Assembly: GCF_006345805.1 (NCBI RefSeq)
Contig: NC_043001.1
Span: 97,712,001-97,776,000 of the forward strand
Source: Octopus sinensis
Taxonomy: Eukaryota
Reading direction: 5' to 3'
DNA length: 64,000 nt
The position numbers were made by a program, and so were the translations under genes. This document shows positions 51,495 to 64,000 of the stretch, piece by piece (positions within the stretch are counted from its first letter, which is position 1; every line of letters begins with the position of its first letter). The notes under the pieces are model-generated. The model was given only the letters and a program-made list of their open reading frames with translations. It was not told the origin of the DNA and ran no database searches.

Positions 51495-53258
51495 TTAATT
51501 GTTTGTCGTAGACCCGTTAAGAAGTGGCTTGTATTTTGTAATAAAGAGATTTTCTTTACTTATTCGTTGTCTCGAGGTTGTATCGTCCCTAAATTGGTAG
51601 AGGGGGAAAATTCTGAAGTTTGGTGTTTTTTTTGTTGGCGCAAGTATCTATGTGTTGGCTAAAAGCTATTTTTCTGTTTTGGGGAATTTTTATCTGGGAT
51701 CTGTGCAGGGCCATTCGTTTACGCAAACCATTTTTTGTTTGGCCTATGTACTGCTCTTGACACCCGGAGCAGGTTAGTGAGTATATTAGGTTCTCCGAAG
51801 CACATGTGAAGTTGCTTTTCACTGTAAAACGTTGTCCCTGTTTGAAGGAGAACTCAGAACCCTCGATTAGATAGTCGCATATCCCGCAATTGGGTCTTCC
51901 ACATTTTTTTACTGTCGGCTTCTGTGTTGAAGAGTGAATTCGGGCTTGTGTAAGGAGACTTTTCATGGATCTAGGCTGTCTTTTGCTTTTTATGATCGTG
52001 TGTGTTTGGAGGATTGTGTTCATTCTGTGGTCTTTTTTTAGGAGGGGTATGTTGTGGAGGATGGTGTCGAAGGCTTCGTTATTGAGAGGGTTGTGTGTGG
52101 AGATGTATGGTAAGGCTTTTGGTTGTAAGTTTTTCATTGATTTGGGATGTCTCAGTTCCTTGATGTTAAGTTGAAGGGCACGTTGAATGCATTTGTCAAT
52201 AAGTGAAGGTGGATAGTTCCTGGTGATTAGGGTATCTTTTAGTTCTTGTAGTCGTGTGTCTCTGGTGTTTGCGTTAGAGACTATAGTGCATATCCTTTTT
52301 GCTAGATTGAAGGGGATATTCATCCTGGTGTGTCTGGGGTGGCATGAATTGAATGGAAGATATTGCTTAGAGTCTGTAGGCTTATAGTATATGTCTGTTT
52401 CTATTATATTATTAGCTTTCTTAATGAGGATATCGAGGAAGGGGAGTTGTTGTTGGCTATATTCCATCGTGAATGGATGTTTACGTCCAGTCCGTTTAAA
52501 ATTTTCTGGAATTCTATGAGTTTTTCTATATTTTTATGCCAAAGGATGAAACAGTCATCTAGATATCTCTTCCAGTTGTTTTCTATGTAGATGGAGAAAG
52601 GGCTGCCATATCTTTCTAGAACCTTACGATACAGACTGATCTCTAGGTATCCTATGACTAGGTTGGCAAAGGAGGGGGCCATTCGTGTACCCATCGCAGT
52701 CCCCGATTTTTGTCGGTAGAAGTTGTCATTGAAGGCGAAGAAGTTATTTTCCAGGATGAATTTAACCCCTTCTATCACAAATTCTTTTTTGATGCGGTGT
52801 GGTAGTTCGTTGGCGTGATTCTCTAGCCAGAATTGGATTGCCTCTAGTCCTAGGTTGTGGGGGATATTGGAGTAGAGGTTGACTACATCGAAGGATACCA
52901 GTATGGTGTTTTTGTTTATAGTATTCGGTAGGTGATTGAGCATATCTAAGTCGTCCCTTATATAGCTTTTGACATGTTTGAGGAGTGGTTTTAACAGGGT
53001 GTCTAAAAAGTTACTGAGGCGGTGGGTTTCGCATGCGGGACCTGCTATTATGGGTCTCAATTTGAGGTCATTAGGATTAGGGACTTTAATTATTTTGTCT
53101 GTAGCTATCTTGCATGCGTTGCTTATTTTTTCCCTTTTGTGGATCTTAGGTATACCGTAGAATTGGCTAGTTTTACTTGTGAAATTGGTCATATAATCAT
53201 ATTCTTTGTCGGTTAGCCCTGCTTTGTATGGGTTTAATATGGATTTTAGTTCCCTCAT
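51495..53258 (-). pseudogene. Penelope RT / GIY-YIG ORF with two frameshifts
   Basis: FYGIPKIHK, LRPII, SFDVVNLYSNIP, GTAMGTRMAPSFANL, WKRYLDDCF, LPFLD, YYKPTDS..YL.F.S.HP, linker CGRPNCGIC, LIYSLTCSGCQEQYIGQT. Frameshifts near 52475 and 51630; the shifted frame ends ..FITKYKPLLNGSTTNN* at 51495. Confidence 0.92.
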
Positions 53259-53300
53259 TATTTTTTGTTGACTGTAGTTTTGTGCCTTTTCATAGTATGT

Positions 53301-53356
<56 letters not shown>

Positions 53357-53514
53357 TATATAAAAGGGCTTAGTAAAATAAATTACTTTGCCACATACTG
53401 AACTCATTAGAAATAGTAGCTAAATTCGCTGAATTCGCCTTAATGGTCCCTTTGCATACTGAATACTTGGTGAAATTGATTAATAATGAATTAATTTTAC
53501 CCTCAATTGTTGAA

Positions 53515-53575
<61 letters not shown>

Positions 53576-53626
53576 GTATGCATGTATGTATGTGTATGTG
53601 TGTTTGCGTATATTTGAGTGTGTAGG

Positions 53627-53659
<33 letters not shown>

Positions 53660-53666
53660 GTGTGTG

Positions 53667-55480
53667 GGACCTGCAGCAACCCCACCTACAAATACATAGA
53701 GAGCAACAGAGAGATAAGATTTAAAAATGGTGACATATTCAAAGTAAATGCAGATATGAACTGCAAGACGCAGAACGTCATATACTGCATAACCTGCCCC
53801 ACGTGCAAGGAGAATTACGTAGGTGAAACTGGTAATTCTTTGTGCCAGCGAGCCAGGAGCCACCGACAATATATTCGGCAGGAAGAACTACGCAAAATAC
53901 CACTAAGCACACACCTAGCTACATGTGGGGAAGGAAAATTTAAGATATTTCCCTTCTACAAGTGTCCGAAGAACGACACCTCCTTCAGGAGGAATATGGA
54001 AAAACATTTCATAGCTAAGTTCTCCCCCAAATTAAATGGCTGAAACTTTACTCAACATACATTGAAGGACAAACTTTTCGATTTACAATATGATACAGTG
54101 GAACATTTAATATATGTATGTATATATATAGGTATGTGTGTGTATGTTATCTGTTATATACACTATATTGTTTTTGCAACTTACTAGATCTTTACTTGCC
54201 AATTGTCATTCTAATTTTAACCTTCCTATGATATACAATTCTCAAGATGGTGTAACTTGATTGTTCATTTTGATTCGATAGAAGGTGGATTTTTCTCTAA
54301 TATTTCATATGTAAGCATGTATATATATATATATATAGTGACATTGAAGGACACATCTTTCGATTTACAATCTAATATAGTAGAACATTTAGGATATGTC
54401 TGTATGTATATGTTTGTATATATATATATATATCTGTGTGTGTATAGATATGTGTATTGCCTGTTATATACATTATATTATATTATTATCTTTATAATTT
54501 ACTTCCATCTTTACCCTTTAATTGTCACTTTAATTTTAACTTTCCTATGATATACAATTTTCAAGATGGTGTAATTTGGTTATTCATTTTGAACCGATAA
54601 AAAGGTTTTTTCAAATATTTTATGTATAAGTCTGTGTGTGTATATATATATATATATATATGTATTGGTATAAATATCAACACACAAAAATATTTTTTTC
54701 TTCTCCACTTCCTCCCTTATTTTTATTTATTTTTTATTTATTTTTATATTTTATTTTTTTATTTTTTTATTTTTTTATTTTTTATTTTTTATATTTTTAA
54801 TTATTTTTTATTTTTATTTTTATTTTCCCTTTTCTCTTTCTTTTTCTCTTTCTCCTTCTCCAAACACACAGAGACACACACACACACAAAAACACACACG
54901 GACACACACACACACACACACCTCCACAAAACGATCATAGAAAGTGTGACCCCAAATGACATTTGTCCGGCCAGCCTACGCACAACACACACTCAGCGAC
55001 ACGAGACTGGACAGAGAGCAGAGCCAAATTTCTTAGAAAACCACAGGAGGTCCAGTAGACCAACGGAATAACAATACTTCTTCTTCCCTATCAGATACAA
55101 ATGTACACACACACACACACACACACACATACACACACACACACATACACATACACACATGTTTTCTCTGTCTCACTTCCTCTTCACCCTTTTATACTGT
55201 CTTATTCCTCCCCACCACTACTACGAAACTATAAAATGTTCAAATTACCCACAAGGAATTGATTTGAAAAGCCCACTCGATTGGGAGAAAGCGCTAATCC
55301 GAATGATATGATCTGAATGATATGATATATATGTAAAAAATGTAATATATAAATAAATATCTATAAATATGAACCATCCGATCTGATTACCTCATTTTTT
55401 CTAATATATATATATGCACCCTATAATAATTATTGAAAAAAGATTGAAATAATATTAAACGTCCCACATACAATATGTCC
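53667..55480 (+). mobile_element. 3' end of a second Penelope-like family (GIY-YIG domain + long 3' region)
   Basis: [55 protein letters not shown] (ends 54043). ~280-bp tandem duplication at 54060/54342; hammerhead at 55261. Confidence 0.8.
55261..55299 (+). ncRNA. Second hammerhead with UUGAAAA core (position 11.1 mismatched)
   Basis: GAU UUGAAAA GCCC acucgauu GGGa GAAA GCGC UA AUC. Confidence 0.6.
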
Positions 55481-58349
55481 TCGTAATATATTCGATCTTT
55501 TTTTTACCTCCTAACGGTTAGCAGAATTCGTGGACGGCGGAATAAAGAAAGCCACGTAGCTGTTAGAGATTAACTATTAAACATTCTCCAAAGTTACAGA
55601 CCCGCCTATAACTACTTACGTATTTTTAATGATATTTAATTTAATTACAGCTAAATACATTATTTCCATTCATTTACATCAATGAATGTGAATATTTTCT
55701 TTATTTTACTTTGTTATTCTCAATTTTGAAAATCATATCCAATCTCTACTCCATAAAACCTTAATGTTTATGATATTGTTAATCTAATATCTACAGGAAA
55801 TTAAACACGTAAAATCATTCGAATATGCTAATTGTGTATAAATTATTTTATGTGCAGATAACTGTTCACACAGATTGTCTCACCTAAACGGAAAACGTTA
55901 ATATTATGGGACGCCAACAACGGATCTCCTGGGTTCCGGCTGACTGCTTGATAGAGCCACCAATCTCCCTTATATTAATATCGTGATAAAGAGAACTAGT
56001 TCTACGCAAGGGGAGGTTCTATGCTATTTCAAATAGAAAACGGGATAGTCATGGACGAAATGTATTTTATAATTTTCCTAGGCAATGAAATCTAGCTTGA
56101 AGCTGATAAGCAACTAAAAGATACATGGAAGATATCTCTATGTACGAAGTTATCTATGAGATATGTCTGACGAATAGTATTTTCTATGTTCTCTTAGGTG
56201 AATATCCTGTTTCCGTACGAAAACTCAAGAACTGAAAAGGTGGTTATAATTAATTAATCCTCTTTGTAGTTTAGAATTTGGAATATTTATTCTAAATTAG
56301 GATTGTTTCAGTCACATGTTTTAGTTTTATTCTCAGAATGTGTAAGAAATTCAATTATTTCTTATCTAAAGATGAATAAGAATTAAGGCATCTTTAATAA
56401 GTCATATATCATATTTTTAATGAAAAATGTCATATAAATCAGTTATCAAAATACAAATTAAATATCAAAATGTTCATAACATATATTATAATAACATTCT
56501 TGAAAATGAGGAGCGAAACATGCATAACGCCATAATTTATTTAGATATCATTGTTTTAGTTTTTCGTTTTTACTCGCTTTTGGAGGACAGGGTTGTACCA
56601 TAGATTTTACTGGCTCTCCGAAACTAATTAAATTTATGCAAATACTCATTTTAGCCATTGTAAATCAAGGTTTGCGAGAAAAATATGAGCGAGGACATAT
56701 TTCCCCGGTGTCAATCTTTTTGGAAAGACTGATTAAACGTGACGGCTAGAGAGGTGTCTAGCTGGTTGGATACTAACATATTGGGAAGTGATCAAATGTA
56801 ACTTGAACTGCGATCTCTGCTAGATTCGAGGATCCTCTTTAGTTGCTGTAGAAATGTGAGAAAATTGAGACAGCAAATTGGTCTTCTCAATAACTCGTGA
56901 ACGAGGCTGTACAAAACACGATGTTCACAAAAAATATGAAAGGGAATTTGTCACAAAAAATATGAACGGGAGTTGCCCATTGAAAACATATGGTCATTAT
57001 TATTGCTTTTTTCTGTTGATTGAACATGGAGCATTACCAGACCTTGTAATGTAGATGAAAGCAATAATGACAGTGATTAGAACGGATATAACGATTTGAT
57101 GCTTGCAATGAAATGCACAGTCAGGAGGAAATTCCATTGGGTACAATTCTAGTTCCGTTAGGTGGAATATTATGTAGTACTCGTATTAAAGAATGAAATA
57201 ATCTCATGTTTATGACGCAAACCCGAGCGGAAAAGGCACGAGGAGTTTCTGAGTACGTTTAAAAACAGTTGAAAGTTCAGCGGAAACGTGACCGTCGACA
57301 TAACACTGAGAAAATAAATAGAATCGTTTATTTACGGAGATTACTCTAATGTTTCATAGATATAATATTTCCTATTGCATGGTTGATTGGGGTTCCTCGA
57401 CAAATGCATCTCATTTGACGTAAATATTTGCCAAACTAGAGAATACACACCAATCCTTATAAAGAAAGAAAGCTGAAATAGAAAGTTGTATCTTGTGACA
57501 CTTAAGTTGCAGAATTTATACCAATACCTGAAAATTTCATGAGATGTAATTGTTTATTTTTCTTTCTAATAATCTTCGAACAAACGCATGATGTACTGGT
57601 AAAATATAAGTATGGATTTCTATTTCCTGCTAAGCAATTTTAGAGTCGGCACATCTTATTTATTCAAAGATCCGTTTTCAACATGACATATAGCGTTTTG
57701 CCTTCCAGTGTTGTGTAAAACATTTAGTGTCCTATTATTAAAGGGAATATATTATCATCCATCTGCAATCATTTGACATGTACATAATTAAATAACAGGT
57801 TATTGCTATATCAAATCGATGACTGTTATCTTTCTCGGTATATATAACTACTTCCTTATCATTTCAATTGTCTCTGATTTTCAAAGTCAACCGAAGAGGA
57901 ATTCCTATAAAAGAATAAAGATTTTATTCTAATGATACATCAAAAGATGTAATTATGTATGCGACTCAAGATTACTTAATCTCTGCCTCGGTCTCGCATT
58001 CTCCTTCACTCCTTGTATGCATATACATACGTACATATATAATTGCATGCATGTACACACACAAAGGATATATACATTAATTATGTGTTCAAATATATTT
58101 ACAAATGCTATTCTTATGTTTAGACACCTTAAGAGCGATAATCCATAATGCTGTATCAATCTGATGTTTGTATCTGCTACATGTGCGTCTGTATCTAATT
58201 CATATGGGCATTTGTGTGAGTGGATGCCTGTATCATTTCGTTGATGTATGTATGCATGTGTGTATCTGATGTGTGAGAGTGTGTACCAAGTAAGTGTGGG
58301 TGTTTATTTCCTGTGTGTGTTGTGTATACTGTCGAGGAAGAAATACCTC

Positions 58350-58900
58350 TGGTGCTACAATCACTTTCATAATTCTTTCCGCTGATGGATGCAGCAAGTT
58401 GGATGAGAACATGTATTCTTTCGCGGATGCAAAGTTAGCAATATGGAGCTCCAGATGAGTAAAGATTGGCCAGTCGAAGTTGGGCGACGGGTTGTCATTT
58501 TGATAGTCACGAAGACTACGGACACACTTTTAGCTGAAACGTCTTGGTTAAATGGGGAGTTGAACCAGACTATTACTTTTTTTCTGCTTCTCTCAATGGA
58601 TCTACGCGCCAATGCGTCGTGTCATTAGGTGCGGTCTTGTTGAAGATCATTATGTCTACTGAAAGTTTATAGTTTCTTCAACTGATACATCAAACTAGGT
58701 TCCTAATTGCAGCAAGAGAGATGTTAGTGTTTCCGGGGATATGTACATTGTTCATGTTGGACTTTCTTCATCAGTAGAAAGTCGATTGACAGATTGGTAG
58801 GATTGCTATTATGACGTGGAAAGGTATCTTACCAACACGTTATATGCAGTGAGAACGTAAGTTAAGATTTATCTTTGCCTTGACACTTTTGTTATGATTG
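58350..58900 (-). pseudogene. Old Penelope RT-thumb remnant
   Basis: RSRKKVIVWFNSPFNQDV resembles the PLE motif R.IIWFNPPF. Otherwise decayed. Confidence 0.45.
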
Positions 58901-59489
58901 TTATCATCAAAATACTTTTGGGATTTTGAAGTTAAGTTTAAATATGAACCTAATAATTAATTGGTTTGGTTTTCTAATAATAAACCCAATCGAACTCTTA
59001 TTCATATATATTTATGAATTTGAAGCTATCATATCGTTTAGAGTAATATGAATTAAATGCTATGTTAACCGCCAAATCACAACACATAGGTGTCAGGCAT
59101 AGCTGACTGGAAAGTTACTATTCGGTGAGTCGTTTGCTAGACACGACACTCAAATCTGTAAAATAAAGGAAGAATATAGTCTATCGACTGAGTGTCAATT
59201 TAACTAAAAACCACAGCATCACCAAAATAACTTAAAATGCTATTCATGGTAAGGGAAGAGGTTTATGTAAAAGATCAGAAGAGACAAACCTTTATTTGAG
59301 ACGTATAAGGAAATAACCGCAGCATAATGATTTGGGAAATAATAATTGCCGATGAGTATATTGAGATTATTCATGACCGATGTTCACTATTATTTCGATC
59401 TATGTGCATATAGCCGTTCTATCAAAGGGACAACGTACTGATTGGATTAGAGGCTGATAATACTTTCTATTATAGGTTCAAGGGAAGAA

Positions 59490-59671
59490 GCTTTGGGGAA
59501 GTGGACTAGTTGATGACATCGACCTCAGTATTACACTGGTACTTAATTTATCGACCCCGAAATGATAAAAAGCAAAGTCGACCTTGGTGGAATTTGAACT
59601 CAGAACGTAGCGATAGGCGAAATACTGCTAAGCATTTCGTCCAGCGTGTTAACAAATCTGCAAGCTCGCCG
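59490..59671 (-). mobile_element. SINE family A
   Basis: tttatcgaccccgaaa..aaagtcgacc..ggaatttgaactcagaacgtagcg..gctaagcatttcg..gctcgccg. Confidence 0.88.
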
Positions 59672-60389
59672 ACTAAGAAGCTAATAATTCCACTGATACA
59701 GGAAATCTTAACACAATTCTCACAGAGAAGAAATGTAACAGAACTAGGAAGAGATGTATCAGAGGAGAGATGTATCAGAACTACGAATAAGGTGGACATT
59801 AGAACTATAGGTACTAGTTTCTTTATAGATGCCATCGACTAAGATTTACCTACAATGCTTCGGTCAATCCGGAAAAAATAAAATGCTCTTAACCCAGTTG
59901 CATGGGACGAAATGGAGTCGAAACCATTCACTTTATCATTGCGAAACCGTATTTCTAATCCAAGCAATCCATAAGAATAATTTATTTTCGCACCCACAGG
60001 ATAACGCATATCATTTACAATTAAGAAGAGAATCGCTTCACATATTAGATGGCATAGTCAACACTTAAGGACCATATGCAATCTATCTACACTTCGCTCT
60101 TCTTTCAAGTATCATTTATCTAATACGAACTTGATAAATAGGATCTTATATTTGGCTTGCCTTAAACTAATTTATCTGTTAGATAAGGAATGGAACTAAC
60201 ATATTAAAGAGAATACAAATTCAATTTATACTCGTCAGAGGGTATAAAATTACTAAGAAATATAATGAATTAGATAGAAATCACAGCTGATTAATTTCTT
60301 AATATCACACTTGAAAATTGAGCTATATTACTCAAGGCAATGAAAACCAACGATTATACACACTTAGACACATGCACATCCCATCAACA

Positions 60390-61470
60390 TATTGGGTAGG
60401 CTGAAAAGTCCATTCGTTTCTTTTCGAAGTTAAATTTAAAGCACATTGAGAAATAGTTAACTGCAGTCTATTCCTGTCACATGCGGGAAAGAATACATTT
60501 TGTTTCGTCGATTGAACTAGTGATGTATTGTTTTACTTTTGTCTGTGCTTGAGGTCATCCTAAAAATGGACACACAAAACGAACATTATCAACACCTAGT
60601 TCTTTATTATTTCAAAAAAGGACTAGAAAACGACGGAAGCCTGCACGAAAATGTGTACGGGAATGGCGCTGGTACGTATGTGGCAAAAGTGGTTTTCAAG
60701 AATGCGGTATGGACATTTTTCGGTTGAAGTTGCACTTCGATCACACTGACAAGCTGCGATTAACAGCTACTAAATGAAGAAGTCAGTAGACACGAGTCCT
60801 AGTTATGCGACCAGGATGATTCGTGATTTTCGGAAAATATCTTAGTCGAGTATTTAAAACCTTTTGCATCAAATCGGTTGCGTCAGCAGCCTCTGTGTTT
60901 AGGTCCCATATCAGTTGAATGAGGTTTACCTTGCCCAATGGTTTTCCGTCTACGGTTCGTTGCAGAAACGTGAAGAAAGGGAACATTTTTTTTTTGCGAA
61001 AATGTTGAAACGGGACAAGAAATGGGTCATTAATAAAACTGGTAAGCGCGAATGAGCAGGGGAAAAGTGCGTTCGAACCTCCACAAACAACTTTCGAAGC
61101 AAGTCAATGCCCGATAAAAATATTGCATTTAATTTGGTCGGTTTAGAAGGTTGTTTTTTGTTTTGACGACCTCCCTCCCAGAGACACGACCGTGTATCCG
61201 GGTGTGCAGTGTGACCGGCTGGAGAAATTAGATGCAGGATCCACGATGGTTATCCAATACTTGCCAATCGTAAGGGCAGTATCTTTCATGACAACAATGC
61301 CAGACCGCACACGTTTTTGCGACTCGGCAGATGTTACTGGTGCTTAAGATGGACGCTTGGCTGCATCCACCTTATTCTCCCGACCTTGCCCATTCAAATT
61401 ACTACTTGTTTCCGTTTCTTGAAAATCCATTGAATGGATAAATTATCAAAACTGAAGAGGATATAAAAAT
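60390..61470 (+). mobile_element. Decayed mariner (DD34D-type) transposon
   Basis: TA-ttgggtaggctgaaaagt TIR-like start; MDTQNEHYQHLVLYYFKKG; V*VPYQL (cf. WVPHEL); acgggacaagaaatgggtc (TGDEKW-like); FHDNNARPH; HPPYSPDLAHSNYYLF. Confidence 0.88.
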
Positions 61471-61726
61471 TAACCATCTAACAAAACGATCTAATAAGTT
61501 TACATTAAAACATTGATCGTTCCGGAACCATATCTGACGAGAAATTTGCAGAGTGCCGCGCTGTAGGACTGAAACTTAGCGTCTAATTCGGTGAGACGCG
61601 TTTCGAAAATGGCAACAAATTTTTGCTCTTAAGATTTAGCTTCCTGAATTCTCGTAATACCTTTAAGATATATAGATGTGCATATTTAACATAATTTTAA
61701 TTATGACATTATATTACTAGAGTATA

Positions 61727-61915
61727 AGGCAGTGAGCTGGCTGAATTATCAGCCACCAATTTGTTCGTCTTCACGTTTTGAGTTCAAATTCCGCCGAGGT
61801 CGACTTTGCCATTCATCCTTTGGAGGTCGATACAGGAAATACGAGTGAAACACTACGGTCAATATAATGGACTAGTCCCTCCAATTTCAGAACGTGTGCC
61901 TTTAGTAGAAAGGAA
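61727..61915 (+). mobile_element. SINE family A
   Basis: ggcagtgagctggc..ttgagttcaaattccgccgaggtcgactttgcc.ttcatcctttgg.ggtcgata. Confidence 0.85.
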
Positions 61916-64000
61916 AATATAGGTAGAGTGTAGGGCATATGAAATTCCATAAAGTAATTCGCTACAGCCAGTGAAGTAATGTCATACGGAATTTAGTTAT
62001 TTTCTTTTAAGTTGTTAGTTCAAATATCACACAATGGCTGAATTTTCTTTATCATTCTTTTGAGATTAATAAAATACACGCGTATAAAGTGCCAGATTCT
62101 ATCGCATTAACAGTAAAATCCCATAAATTATGTTGCCAAGCGTCTGTACCACAAATTAGCATTTATCTGGTACATATTTTATTGGATTTGCGGTACATTG
62201 TGGCAACAGCATGGTGGACGATCGTTATTAGACGAATACTTTGGCTTTTTTTTTTGTATTCATTCTACTCAACACTCGAAAATCGCTTTGTTTTTAAAAC
62301 TCGTGATTTATTTCCGCGTGAAAAAGCCAACGGATATTTTGGCCAACCTTAAGATGCTGAAAATATCTGAAATTCACCAGCAGTAAACGTGCTTCTTTGA
62401 AAAGCGGTGTTTATAAATATATTACATGAAACTTATAATCAGTGTATTCTTGTTTCCCATTAATCTGATCTGATTCTATTTTTTCAAAGTTTCAAGACAT
62501 AAACACATCTATCGTAACATTCATAGGTCAAAACTGAGAGACAATGTAACTTGGATACACGTGGATATGAACATTTTTGCGAGGTGTTATGATTTCCATT
62601 CCAAATCTTTCCATTCCATTCCTCCTGATATATTGATAATTATGTTTAGTCACGTCTCCATATTTGCTGAAGAAACTCGCAGATAAATAATTTTTTCCAT
62701 TCGTTACTACGAGGTAATTTTAGAGTTATTTTGATAAATCTTGGTTAGTAATATTTACTCCTTTCAAAATAGAAAAGAATAATTTGTGAAATATTCTATA
62801 AATTCTAGTTAGTCGAGCTCCTGCATAACGACTCTCTCATTTGGTTTCGTGTTTATGAATAATGGAAAGATACATTTTTTTATCAACAAAGAATTGCACA
62901 AAATGGCCGTGTATCAGTGAGAGCATTTTATTCGTAATCGTATGGGGTGCCGCAAATGTAACCGAACAATATCTAGCAAACGAAGCACACGTCAGTTTCT
63001 ACCTTATGTAGATGGTCTCAACTTTGAAAGGTGCCGCCATATCCAACTTTTCTAGAGTTAGGTAAGCTTATGACAAAAATACTCAATTATTTGTCGAGTG
63101 ATGATCGTATGCAATACCGTTGCTACGATATACCAAAAATCCAACCACCGGTTTGCCGGGATTTATGATACAGATGAAATATATTCCCTCGTGAGAAATA
63201 ATGCAAACTAAATAATGATGAAACAGGAGCCACTATTATGCTGCCAAATTTAATACTTTATCATTGTAGAACATTGTGTATGTATGGACAAATTAATGAG
63301 TGCGAATACATTTTATACTCACATTCAGGAATGTGGCACCGGTGTTTTCAAACTCTTGACATTATTCTGATAAAGAAAATTTTGAACGTAGCTTAACAAC
63401 ATTGAACATCAATATATCAGAAACGAATCCAAATATTAAGAATATAATTAATTATTGAATTGGCTCCTTTAATACAAATCCTGTTTTAAGAATTGCTTGT
63501 CATCTGTTCGAACGGGTTGTGTTTTAGAAACAGTAACTAAAGAAATAGGCTTCATTAACCCATAAAAGTATGCTGCCGAATTTCTTCAGATCAAGTCTCG
63601 TTGTTTCAGAAAACTAGGAAGACAACTGGAAAAATCATAGAGAATTTATCACAATAAAATAAAACATACATTTTAAAGATTGGAACTTATAAACTTATAG
63701 TTCTATTCGAATGAATTCTGTTTAGATTTACATAATCGACACAGAATAAAGGACAATCACATGCATGGTTTCTTAATATGACAGGCAAGGTAAATAACTA
63801 TTTGCACTATAAGATAATCGTTTACCAAAGATACAAGCTGGATAATATAAACAGCATTAGGTCAACATACGTTATCCTGATTAAAATTAAACCGAAAATT
63901 AACCAACAAGAAGAAAAAGAGAAACGCTTTACTAGATACAATCTGAATTATAGATGTCTTGCAAACAACTTGCACATGCAAGTGCTACCATTTAAAAGCT

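Larger units (their letters stand above)
50580..53308 (-). mobile_element. 5'-truncated Penelope-like element (RT + GIY-YIG) flanked by (TA)n
   Basis: Two overlapping ORFs rejoin into one RT-EN protein, followed by a 3' region with a trinucleotide array and a hammerhead. Confidence 0.92.

Noticed and set aside
54230-54610. ttcaagatggt..accgata in the 280-bp duplication as a possible hammerhead
   Set aside because: Invariant G5 and A14 positions are altered in both copies.
61520-61660. GAAACGCGUC on the minus strand and CUGACGA..GAAAC..GUC on the plus strand
   Set aside because: Neither reading gives both a paired stem I and a stem II adjacent to the core; at best heavily decayed.

Overview
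AT-rich eukaryotic DNA with no host protein-coding gene that I can support. The window is a dense mosaic of microsatellites ((AT)n, (ATT)n, (TATG)n, (TCTA)n) and transposable elements. These include at least four tRNA-headed SINE families, R4/Dong-type non-LTR retrotransposons with RT and restriction-like endonuclease, a CR1-like LINE 3' end, several Penelope-like elements (RT + GIY-YIG), Tc1/mariner remnants and MITEs. The repeat landscape resembles a cephalopod (octopus) genome; this is inferred from remembered repeat families and was not checked. The main unexpected signal is about ten type-I hammerhead ribozyme-like motifs. Two of them, in different Penelope families, share a covarying UUGAAAA (U3-A8) core, and one is the tail of a tRNA-headed SINE. 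Other points of interest: a SINE variant found only at one junction inside related SINE copies, a retrotransposon flanked by (CATA)n, and a TIR-bounded array of phased A-tracts. All folds and alignments were done by eye. Boundaries are approximate unless a motif is quoted.
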